Source: Azolla caroliniana (Eukaryota > Plantae > Polypodiophyta). Taken from it: DNA of 64,000 bases. Within the stretch, counting starts at the first letter, position 1, and each line of letters begins with the position of its first letter. The position numbers and the translations under genes were made by a program. Of the stretch, positions 13,164-24,154 are shown in pieces. The notes below the pieces were generated by a model that searched no databases, was not told where the DNA came from, and saw only the letters and a program-made list of their open reading frames with translations. The DNA lies in NCBI GenBank assembly GCA_043228905.1, contig JBHGNT010000126.1, forward strand, positions 8,682 to 72,681. The letters run 5' to 3'.

Positions 13164-13957
13164 TCTACATATAATAAAAACGGGAAATGTAGAAATAGAA
13201 AGAAAGATATATTAACGTCTTCTAAGACCAAAATTGGCCCACAAGACAATTGGTTTACAACAAAAAGGGCAAAAGAGAAGTAATAAAAATGAAAAAAAAA
13301 AAATAGCGTGGGGTGGGTAGGGTTCTAGGGGGTAGTGAATGAAGGAAAGAATGAATGATACATACATATACATATACATGTACATGTACATATATGATAT
13401 ACATGTACATAGGGGGAGCGACCTTTTGAAACATTGGGAAATTATGAATGTGGGTATATATCAGTACATCACACGTGTGGGTCTCGTTAATGTTCAATTG
13501 GCTGGCCTCTCCCGCTAAAGTTGACGGCGTTGGCTTCGGGCGAGAGGCTGGCGAGGGGTCATTAAATCTAACGGTGCCGGTCGCCGTCTCCATTACTAAT
13601 GATTTTAATTATTAGTATTTGTTTTGCTATTTAATATCATTTATTATTTGTTTCCTTTTTTTTTATGGCATTGTATAAATATCATGTGTGCACATTCCCA
13701 TCACTTCATTTCTATTTTTTTAAATTAGTTAATTATTTAATCTTTATTTATAAGGATAATAGTTACAAACACTTAACATAATCTCCAGCCAAAAAAATAG
13801 AATTCATTGACAGATTCCATTGAAATTTCATATGCATAATCGTAATTATATACAAGTAAAATAAAAGGTTAGTAATTCTATTCTCTGTATAAATGTTTCC
13901 TTGATTAACTTTAGTGAACTTTTTTTTTTCCCGTGCTGTGCATTGGTTAAGGTCTAT
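13164..13957 (+). mobile_element. Probable non-autonomous Helitron
   Basis: 5' end A|TCTACATATAATAAAA. 3' end has an imperfect hairpin CCCGTGC-TGT-GCATTGG followed ~7 nt later by CTAT|T (canonical CTAG|T). No TSD. Confidence 0.55.
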
Positions 13958-14365
13958 TAATGATAATGAATGTCTGATTCATTTTCATCATTAATGTGTA
14001 ATATTGTGCCAGATAGAATTAGTGATATACAGTTGGTTAATGATGTTGATAGATGAACTTCTTCTCATTAAATAGCTTACACTGATGACCTCCCTCTCAA
14101 CGGCCTCATTCTGAAACCACTATATTTCTGTCTTAAGAACTAGGTACCAACCATTAACTTTTATGTGTTGCTTCCTGATATTTTTAGACACTCATGCATT
14201 TGTTTATAAGATTAATCAACACGGATTATATCGATGCTGATGCTTAATTGCCCAATTAAGATATATTTGAAATACATTGGCCTAAAGACTTACTAGATAA
14301 TTAACCATAGCTCAAGAATGAACTATATTCTGACATGTATGTGTGTGTTGTTGTCATTAAATAAG

Positions 14366-15078
14366 GTTGCTAATTTGTGTGAGATGGGTAATGGGGTGAG
14401 ATCTGATCCACATTCGTCCAAGAACGAGTTACATGTGGTGTCCGCGAATGTCTCGGTCCAAGTGTTCAACAATGTGGACGTGTCAATTACGATGAACGTC
14501 CCAAAGAAGAGAGGCTTTTGGTCCGCCCTCATGCAGGTCTTACAACACCATGAAGTCGAGATCACCAATGCTGCACTCTACACCAACCAACATAGTGACT
14601 TCCATTCCATCAATTGCAAGGTGTGACCAACCCACACTTTACAAAATGCATACATGCATGTGTTGGCAAACAAACAAGTGCACCAAGGCTAATCACATTA
14701 TTGAGTGACACTTATAATGACATTGTGATGAATGATGAACATCACCACTAGTTTGATTTACTTTTTAGTACTCAATTGCATTCGTTGGCAAACAAACAAG
14801 TGCACCAAGGCTAATCACATTATTGAGTGACACTTATAATGACATTGTGATGAATGATGAACATCACCACTAGTTTGATTTACTTTTTAGTACTCAATTG
14901 CATTCTTTATTTGTATGGCAATCAAATGATGTGTTTGTGGCCATTATATGTTTTAATTGTCTTTGATGATTGTCTTTGATAGTTGGATGAAGAGTCCGGC
15001 ATACAAATCGAGGACATTGAGAAATTTCTCGAGGACCTTTGCTTATCAGAATTTAATATTAAGCCATATAGGCTCTAG
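14366..15078 (+). CDS. Last two exons of a protein with a bHLH-associated ACT-like domain (5' exons not identified; possibly a pseudogene)
   Basis: Exon 14366-14620 (...NVSVQVFNNVDVSITMNVPKKRGFWSALMQVLQHHEVEITNAALYTNQHSDFHSINCK) splices in phase 0 (GT-AG) to 14983-15078 (LDEESGIQIEDIEKFLEDLCLSEFNIKPYRL*). The pattern matches the plant bHLH C-terminal ACT-like fold. Confidence 0.65.
14662..14905. repeat. Perfect 122-bp tandem duplication inside an intron
   Basis: GTTGGCAAACAAACAAG...CAATTGCATTC at 14662-14783 and 14784-14905. Confidence 0.95.
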
Positions 15079-15339
15079 TAAATCAATATACCCCATATTG
15101 ATTATTGCAATTCATGCCAATATATTGAATCTCAATTAGAGACTTATGAGATTTTGTATAATTTATTCAATTGAAGCCAACTTTTTTGTAATATAGAAGT
15201 TTTTCATCATGGAACCTTAATTTGAAGTTTTTATTTAAGATTCTTCCTTAATGATATTGTGATGTATCTTTTATGTGCATTTCACAATATGTACATATAA
15301 TAGAAATCATTACACGTGTTTGTCATTAATGATATCCTT

Positions 15340-16560
15340 GTTATTCACTCAATTGTGTCAACCCCACTCATTCAAATTTTGAGTTCACAACCTTTCATTC
15401 TCTACACAGAGAATGAAACAATGTAGGTCCAATGGTGAATCTACAAAAACAATTTGCTGAAATCCTAATTAATCTCTCCTTTATCATGTAAAAAGGAAAT
15501 GCTTTCACATTGTACTATTTATCTAAATATTTGACACAACGTACGATGATAGTGGCTTCAAGCTCAATTTCAACAATCACTTCCATATGTATGACACTCA
15601 CATAACTTCCCTATTTCCAAGAACTAGTGTCTTTTTACTACATATGTATTTACATCACACACGATGCATAACCATCACATTAAGGTAGGCATGATCCCTA
15701 GAATGCAATTGAACCTAGTGGATTCCCTCTCCAACACAATCACCTTCGGATTGCATCTATATCAATATGCATGGGCAAACACACATGCTCGACATTCCTA
15801 AGAGGGGGGATGACTTTCCTACTTCTAAGTTATAACAATTTTCCTTCTTTTTAGGTATTACAATAGCCTCATGCATGTTCACTTACATAGAATGAGCACA
15901 TTGACATGAGTACTTTAGATTTCCCTTGGGGGCTTCATGGTCAATACTCTTGACTCCACGTTGCTTCATCAATATTGGCTAACTTGATTTTATCCAAATA
16001 TACAAACATCAATAAACTTAAGTTGTTGTGCAAGAATTGACTTCTAAATTTGGATTTAATTGTCAATATTGCTTACAACCATTCCCTATTACATGTATCC
16101 AAAAGTGTTTATTTCCTTAGATGTTTTACAATATTTATTCAGTCTTAAAAATACATATCCCTATAGTATCATTAAGCAATTATAACCAGGTAAGTTTTAT
16201 TGCCACTCTAGTGCAACACTCATATTATGCATATAGTTTACAACATCCCCTTGAGTAAGTGTGCATGCATTTGTTAACAAAATTCCAAAGTTTTGCTCGA
16301 AATGTCCATTGGTTGTTTCCCTTATCATGTGCATGTCACATACAAAAACTTTTAAAGGTTGGACGAGTGAATAAGCCAATAGGGTCATGTTGATGACACT
16401 TAACTTGTTGAGGGAAGCCATCATTCCAACGTCCAATTTGAATAATAGGTTTAGGATTTTGGGAGAGGTGTACCAAATAGTTTTAGGAATAAATCTCAAT
16501 TGATGCAACGCTACCTAAATACAACTTTAGAACCAATCGAATTAGGTGCAAACTCAGCTA
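15340..16560 (-). mobile_element. Decayed Ty1/copia RT/RNase H remnant
   Basis: Minus-strand FTIGPTLFHSLC near 15400-15440 resembles the copia terminal ADxFTKPLGxxxFxxL region; otherwise very degenerate. Confidence 0.3.
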
Positions 16561-16685
16561 TTATGTTTTCTTGATTCAACCGAACCGAGAAAATAGATAA
16601 TGTGGTTTGTTGCTTTTCCATATTCCTTCACCAACCATAAATAAAGAGTGTTTCAATACCTATAAAGAAGACCCTAAAAGCTTTC

Positions 16686-16759
16686 TTCCATTGCCGGGAT
16701 TTGAACCCGGGTCGCCTGGGTGAAAGCCAGGTATCCTAACCGGACTAGACGACAATGGA
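16686..16759 (-). tRNA. tRNA-Glu (anticodon UUC)
   Basis: The reverse complement is TCCATTGTCGTCTAGTCCGGTTAGGATACCTGGCTTTCACCCAGGCGACCCGGGTTCAAATCCCGGCAATGGAA. It has a 7-bp acceptor stem, anticodon arm CCTGG-CTTTCAC-CCAGG and T arm CCGGG-TTCAAAT-CCCGG, with a TTTT terminator just downstream and an AT-rich box upstream. Confidence 0.97.
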
Positions 16760-18607
16760 ATCGATGCAAACGCTGATCTTTTAAATTTAAAACTGATGAA
16801 AGTACTGTTTCCTTATCACTATGTTAAAAGCATCCTTACTACATGTACTGGTAAAAACTCTCCCACACCACATTTCCCGCTAGCAGAAAACTTGATCTTC
16901 TACCGTTACCATTAGAGTCCTAGACGGTTCAATGCTTTTTTAGTAAAGTGTTTATTGCACCTATATGAATGACTTCACTTCCCAAGGAAACCTTGTTGGC
17001 CAATGGTAAAGACATAGGCAAGATAAGACATCCTACCAAGTTGTAGTGGTACCTTGCCGAGATAGTGATTGAAGAAGAACCAATAGAAGTGAATATATTA
17101 ACCTAAGCGATGCAACCTTCTCCCGATCAAGAGCTTGATTGAGCGTTTTAGCCCACCCATCTTCTTGGATATCTAATCAAGTAAGAATAAGAACCTATTA
17201 ATGACGATGTGTGTACCATGTCCCTGTTGTTGTCATCTTCATATGCTTTCTATTATATTGGACTTGCAAGATTTGTTAAATAAAGAGTCTCACCACCTTG
17301 AAAATTCAAGCAATATTATATAAAAGAGCAAATTTGATTCATACAAAAGGCATAAGAATATAATTGGCAAAATTCCAAGAAAAATTAGGCATCCCAATGA
17401 TGCAATCAAATTTTTACAACGCAAGTAAATGTTTGCTTTGGAAAATATGCAATCCGGTGTTGACAATGCAAATTCAAGTTTATATATAAATTATCTCGGA
17501 AAAGATGCAATCCAGTGTCGACAATGCAAAATCAAGTTTTTTTAAGTTTGCTTTGGAAAAATGTTCGTGTTTCGAAGACGGGCGAGATGAGAGGTGCATT
17601 GAAAATATTTTTGAATGCTAGGATCTCATGCCCAATGTAATTTGTAACAATCCGTGGATGTTTACTTGTCCTCTACCAACTTTAGGTATTTTGGGCTTCC
17701 AAATTGAGGAAAAATGTCGTGGGACATAAGGAAAGGCATGACAATTGGATTTAACATTCTCAATCCGTATCACCCCTGACACAATGTTATTCTTCAAGTG
17801 AGATATTGCAAGTTCCATTATGATCAAGAGGCTTGGGCAGTTTGAGAGTGTCATCCTCTCTAGCTTGAAGAATTTGTTCGTCCCAACAACACTTCCTCTT
17901 GTTCGAAGTCCGTATTTACACAAGTATTGTTTGTGCAAATGACCTATGGACCTCTAATCCATTTGTTTATGACACAATTCAGTGAATAAAACCTAATCCC
18001 ACAGTGTGGAATGATCTCACACTTACTTTAGTGAATGATAAGGATTTGGTTGGATGTAGCAAAGAAGTAATATGTAAGGTTAGGATTAGGTGCAAAGAGC
18101 AACAAGAGAGACAACAAAAAAGGAAAACAGAGAAATCCTTCCGTCGAGAAAACATATACACACATAGAAGAGTTTAGATTACTGGGTTTGCATGGATTTT
18201 CCTGAAACTTCAAAGTACTCTACAAGATCCTTACTTTGTACTAGACAAGATGTAAAAATGTGTCCTCGAGCTTCAACATAAATACCAGTGATTTTGAGTG
18301 GCCATTTTCTTTGTGTACATAAGCTAGAAAACTAAATGTGGAGGTTGAAGATTAGGTTGAGAGAATATTTAAATGTTTGTATACACAAGATGGACTGGTT
18401 TATACCTGTTAAAGCTTTTAAGATCTGCATGAAATGCACAGTGTTTTTTTTTTGTGTGTCTAAAAATGCATCCAAATATGATGTGAAAACTTTCCCATAA
18501 TCACATAGTCCTCATAGCTTTCTTGCTGTTGGAGATTTTGTGAATTGAGAGAGAGAGAGAGAGGGAGGGAGGGAGGGAGGGAGAGATTATTTGCCAGAAA
18601 AAATACA

Positions 18608-18847
18608 ATGTGCAGGCTTTGCTTTGCCTTGTTCACCACTTTTATCATCTTCCTTGTTTCTCTGCATTTTGTACAGCGTTCTAACAGCCTAAGTATCGGT
18701 TATAATGTCATCAATGCTGACTATGTTCCTTGTTCTTCAGCCGGAATCTCCTACTACAATTGCCATCTTTCTGGCATCGCGAATCCGTACACTCGTGGAT
18801 GCATCAAGATCACTGGATGTGCCCGAGACACCGCAATGCAAGGTTAG
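18608..18847 (+). CDS. RALF: RALF-like (rapid alkalinization factor) secreted peptide, 79 aa
   Basis: Hydrophobic signal peptide followed by SIGYNVINADYVPCSSAGISYYNC...ANPYTRGCIKITGCAR. It has the four RALF cysteines plus the SYYNC and ANPYxRGC motifs, and is intronless. Confidence 0.92.
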   Translation: MCRLCFALFTTFIIFLVSLHFVQRSNSLSIGYNVINADYVPCSSAGISYYNCHLSGIANPYTRGCIKITGCARDTAMQG

Positions 18848-20039
18848 CTTTTGTAATTAAACCTATAATGGGAGCAAGAGTAAGGTCAAAGATTGTATGT
18901 ATAGATATGGATATGTGTGTATGGAAACCTATAATGGGGGCAAGAGGAAGGTCAAGATTGTATAGACATGCATATGCATGTGTATATGGATATGGACATT
19001 TGTTTATGGATGTGTTTATTCATGTGTATGTCTATATTTATGTCTATGTATGTATATGTTTATACATGTGCTCTTTGTCACAATTGTGGCTCCTAATCAT
19101 ATTAAGACCAAGGTTAAGCACATACTTATGCTTTTTTTTTTTTTTTGTGTGAGGCAATGAAAATTAATTTACAATAAATATGAAATATAATTTACAGGAC
19201 TGATAGCTTAGTTTGCTGACTTTGTCTAATTAATAGAAGTTTAAATTGACAACTGGCAGCTTTGATTAAGAGCTAGATTAGCTGAGATTATTCAGTTGAT
19301 TAAGGGAAATTACATATGCTTTAAATACATACTTGGCCTAATAGTTTTCTTAATCTTGATGTCCATGTGATTAGAAAGCCTAAGCTATGAAGAAACTTAT
19401 CATAGGTGATTTTTTCCCAATAGTATTTATTATATCTCGTATGCATTATCATCGTAAACATGGTCTCGGGACTTTGTGTTTTCGTTCTAGAATTCTCGAT
19501 CCGGACTCCTCTTGTTGTTCTATTTTTGCAGGATAGCTTTAAAGCTCAAATGCATTTTGGCATTATTCGATAAATCGACATCAAGGAGGGTGAATTTTGG
19601 AAACAGAGGAATCATCATCACTAATGGGCATTGCATACATTTGATCATAATGTTTTTCTTACTTTTCTAACTTTGAGAGCGCCTCCATTTCTGTGTGACA
19701 CCAAGAGAGGACAAATATATTGAATTGAAATTGAATGTCTATTGGTCCATACATGGAAAAAATCTATTATAATATGAAATCTCTTTATTCTTCAAGATCC
19801 AAAAAGTGTCTGCAAATTATGGAGTGAGAATTTTGAATTGAGTTTCGCATGGAGTGAGAATTTTGAATTGAGTTTCGCTTTAGTTGCACCAAGTGACCAT
19901 TGTTATCCTATTATCCCTCCTCAATGTAGTAATTTCGAAGGTTTGAGTAAATTAGTAGACGTGTTAAGCGAGTATTTGGAGCCATTTGGTTGGACAATCA
20001 AGTGTTTGGTCCTATTATTGGTTTCATTTCATCACATCA

Positions 20040-20170
20040 CATGAGCTGAGTTTTAAGGTACAAATTGAGCTTCATACTTACATGTGTCATAAGTACCTTG
20101 CCTTTGCTCTCTTGGATTCAAGAACCAACTCTTGTTTCATGGATCGAGGCTTCTTAGTAATCTTTTTTAT
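20040..20170 (+). mobile_element. Ty3/gypsy aspartic protease remnant
   Basis: ALLDSRTNSCFMDRGF matches the gypsy protease motif ALLDSGAxxCFMD. Confidence 0.6.
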
Positions 20171-21490
20171 TTAGATTAGAATTGACAATAATTTTTTGTT
20201 CAAGAAATTAAAACAGTGAAAGAGAAAGTGCAAGAGATATCTCCTCCAAGTGAAGTTCTCACTAGTGTTCTAACTACGCACAAAGTCAAAACATTCTCTT
20301 CCTTCTCTTTTAAACTTGATTTGGCTTGGAGTCTGAATCTCTCCCCTCTTATTGAACACCTTGACAATAACTTCTCAAACATGGATCCATACTTCTTCTG
20401 CCATTGAACCAATGTTTGGGACCAATGTTTTCCTTACTAATTTGCTTTGTTGACTTTACTTTCAAGCTCAAATTATGGTATGCTTCCATGAGAATATGCC
20501 ACAAATGTATAGGATTTGATATGATAGATATATTCATACACGTACTTTTATTATAGCAAAGTATACATACATACCAACTTTCAAGTTCGAAAACTCATCT
20601 ACACTTTAAAGGATGAAAATGCCTTTTATCAACACATCAAACACATGTATTTGTGGACAAGTGTTTGCAACAACCAAATGCTTGTGCACACAAATATTCA
20701 CATTTTCATATGTAAATACACATAGTATGTATATTCATATGTATAGCATATCTATTTGAATGTGAATGAATTTACATTGTATGCATGCACACATGCAAAT
20801 AAGTAAACTTCCTTTCAAACTATTCATTGCTTTTATGTGTATGTCCATATGTGAGAATGCATCAATACATGGGCTTACAAAGATTTGTTCCACCACATCC
20901 ATGGATAGAATATGAATTCCACTATTTGACACTATTGGTGTTGTCTACATCTCATATATGGACGTGTTTTACAACTTGAAAGTGAAATTTGATTTTGAAG
21001 ACATACTTCAAACATGTTAGATTAGATGATTGTTTGGTCTCATATTTTCAAGAATCCAATTAACTAGTCTTGCCCAAAATGTAGTTTTCTTTTAATGCAC
21101 GAGGATTCAAGTTGGTTGAACACTCGCAATAATAGATGAACCAATTGACATAGTGGAATACACATGATTGCAGACGTCAATATACAAAATGCAATTAGAA
21201 AATATATGAGACAATTTAACAATAAGAGCGAAGCAGATATAGAGTTCCATAAAAGGCCACTGTTAAGAAGAAGATGAAACTCAATTATGAAAATATTCTA
21301 CCAAGGGTAATGAAGCTTGATAGGCCGGTTGAGGGAGTAAAGTTATGATGGAAGATCGAGAATTTTCATAGTGACTAGTGTGTGTGTGTGTGCATAGACT
21401 TAGGCACAAATACAAAGTTAATGGTGACTAGTGTGTAATATGTATAGTTCACTCACTACATGAGAAATAAGAAGTAAGAAGTAAGAAATT

Positions 21491-21599
21491 CGCAGGCCCT
21501 TCGTCAATTTCCTGGAAACCCTAACCTTGACATCTTTTTCCTGACGATATGATGCAGCCGAACTATGACGATGTTCCTAAGGAATAGCTGATCCAACAG
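21491..21599 (+). promoter_or_regulatory. Probable 5'UTR exon/promoter of the downstream gene, with telo-box and short uORF
   Basis: AAACCCTAA telo-box at ~21516-21524, uORF MMQPNYDDVPKE* and donor CAG|GT at 21600. The coding exon at 24154 begins after an AG acceptor, so an upstream UTR exon is expected. Confidence 0.4.
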
Positions 21600-23183
21600 G
21601 TGCCCGCTGTTAATCCTTGCATCCTTTGTTATGAATGCATTCTGTACAATAAATCAATCTATGTATTACTCGCTTAGAGGATTGTTCATGATCTCCCAAT
21701 TGTAGATATGAAGCAGATTAGAGGTCCCTGAACCTAAGATATAGGTAGTGTATTGTTTTCACTGGCTCAAAGTACAGAAAGGATGGGAAATAGCAGAATC
21801 GTATTATTATGTATTTTCACGGAAGTTGCAATTTATTAAAACTACGAATTGCGAATTTGTATAATGTATATTTACTGACAAAAAACGAAAAACTTGGTAT
21901 TTTTACTTGGTAAAACTATGAGAACCTTGACATTTTGAAATCAAATTGTTTTTTAGATTCTTACTTAAAGTTGGTAAAAACTCATATGTCTTTTGCAACA
22001 TAAACATAGATTTTGGGGAAACTTGTATATATTGAAACTGAGAGTTTGTCAATATTAAAACATTCCAGTGAAGATCCGGACTATCATGAGCCGTGAAAGT
22101 CATTAAGTCCATTCAATCATCAGTTTGACAGTAATGATCAATATATAGACTGTCTTAACTGTAGACCTTATGGAATCGTTATATTTTATAAGTTACATTC
22201 AATTTCAAAGTTCAAAGGTATTTTAAAAATTTGCAATCATAAAAACTCATTTTCCCTCCAAGAACATTAACATGGATTGTGGAACCATTTTATGTTTCAA
22301 GATTCTGAACATTGACACAAGATCATCTTATACTATATGCTGTGGTGGTGGATAAAGTAGATGACGTGTTAGTGTGCCCACAAAGTTAAACTATGGTAAT
22401 GTTTTGGAACCAGATTTCGGTGAAATCCTCTTTCCTTGTTTTTCTCCGGAGAGAAATGCATTACCAAACTCCTCTTTGTCTTTGTAACTACATATATAGT
22501 CACACCTTGCAGTAAATTTCTTATGTTGGTACATTCTGTCGTCATGGGGTGTTGCCTTTTGTTATTTTATAGAAAACATTTTAGCTGTTTTATTTTAGTT
22601 TTAATATTTTACTTGCTCCGCGGGAACTCTTGACATCTGGCAAGATTCATTTCATGACAGTGAATCGATGGGATGTCAATGGTCCCTAGACCAGAGGAGG
22701 CAAGGCCAACATACCCTGGTATTGTCACTTGGTTTATCCAGTTGGTAGTGTGTTCTGATGCCTGGTGATGTTTCTGTGTCCAATTGTGGAGTTGCAGGCT
22801 AAGATTTGTTTTTGATGAAGTGCCATTTGAGGAAGCATGAGCAAGACTCAGCCCACCTTATTCAATCACATATGTTCTTGATGTGAATCCCAAAATTGAT
22901 CTGTAGAGCTAATGGGAAATCATTTTAGAATGCTGAAATTGGCTGTTCCCATAGCTGATTTACTGTATTTTCTACAATGCTGAGTGGAGAGTACGCTACA
23001 AGCACACATGCAAGGTTTATTTGCTGGCATAGGCTTATACTGCTAGTTATGTTTTCTAGAGCTTTGGGCTCTATTGTATTTCATGATCTTCTATTAATTA
23101 TCAATAAAGAAATACGAGAAGGGGCACCAGTCTTTGAGGTCAACATTGTGTCAATTTCCTTGTTCAGGAACTGTCTAACTTTG

Positions 23184-23597
23184 TGGACGTGAATAGCTAT
23201 GGTTGAAACCAAACCGCACCATTTAATCACAATTTTGAACCTAACCATTTAAGTCAAATCAATTAAAAAATTAAATAAATAAAAATATAATAAACTAAAA
23301 AACCATTAAGTTAAATTAATTAAATCAATAAGAAAACATTAGCTAAACCTTTAAATCAATACACTATTAAAGAAATAAAAAACGTTAACCAAAATCCAAT
23401 AAATCATTAAACTGAACCACTTAAACCTATAAACCGATAAATCCGAGTTTTAGAACCAACCGAACTAAAACCAAACTGTTTAATATTATTTGAACCAAAT
23501 CAAACCATTTAATTATATTGCAACCAATAAACCATAAACCATGGCTTAACGGTTCGGTTCAGTTTGAGCCGAAACCGGGCCCGTTGCTAGATGTCAA
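23184..23597. mobile_element. Degenerate AACC-rich non-autonomous DNA transposon (hAT-like MITE)
   Basis: Many AAACC/AACCG motifs flip to GGTT/CGGTT near the 3' end. The termini are only weakly complementary (TGGACGTG.../...GATGTCAA) and no TSD was found. Confidence 0.45.
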
Positions 23598-24154
23598 ATC
23601 AAGCCTTAATGAATTTGCAAGGTTTTAGCTAAATTGGTGGTTGGTCTTTTATGGCTTGTGGAACTTCTACAGGCTGGTTTCACGTTTACCTTGTCATGGT
23701 ACTTTATTACTTGGATAACCATAAAATCCTTGAGGTAATACGTCTGGACCTCTGTAAGGGATGCATTTATAGAATAAAAAGCTGATGCAGGTTTCCCTTG
23801 TTTTGTAGTGAATCGTGAATCGCATGGCCTTTGTGCCTGCAATGCATAATCAAATTTCTGTAATTTAAACTTTCAATGATAGGATAGAAGCCTACAACAG
23901 TGGTGATTTGATGAAAAATTAGGATTCAGCTTTATGAGGAGAAACTCATTTTACCAGATTTGGAATGCTTTTTTTCCATGTTTTAGACAGTAAAAATACT
24001 CCTTGATTGGCAAAGTTTACAATCTAAGAATGCAATCTGGGGATGATCCTCTTGTAAAGAAGGGGTAGATGTGTACTTTAAAAAAATCAAGAGGCTATTT
24101 CCTGGAATATAATAACCTGAACACTTGCTTAATCACGTTTGAGACTTGGTCAGG

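Noticed and set aside
18545-18607. N-terminal extension MRERERGREGG of the RALF ORF
   Set aside because: It starts at a TTG in a GA-repeat leader; the ATG at 18608 gives a proper signal peptide.
21546-21593. C/D-box snoRNA (ATGATG...CTGA)
   Set aside because: Box C is imperfect, the span is only ~45 nt, and no guide sequence was recognised.
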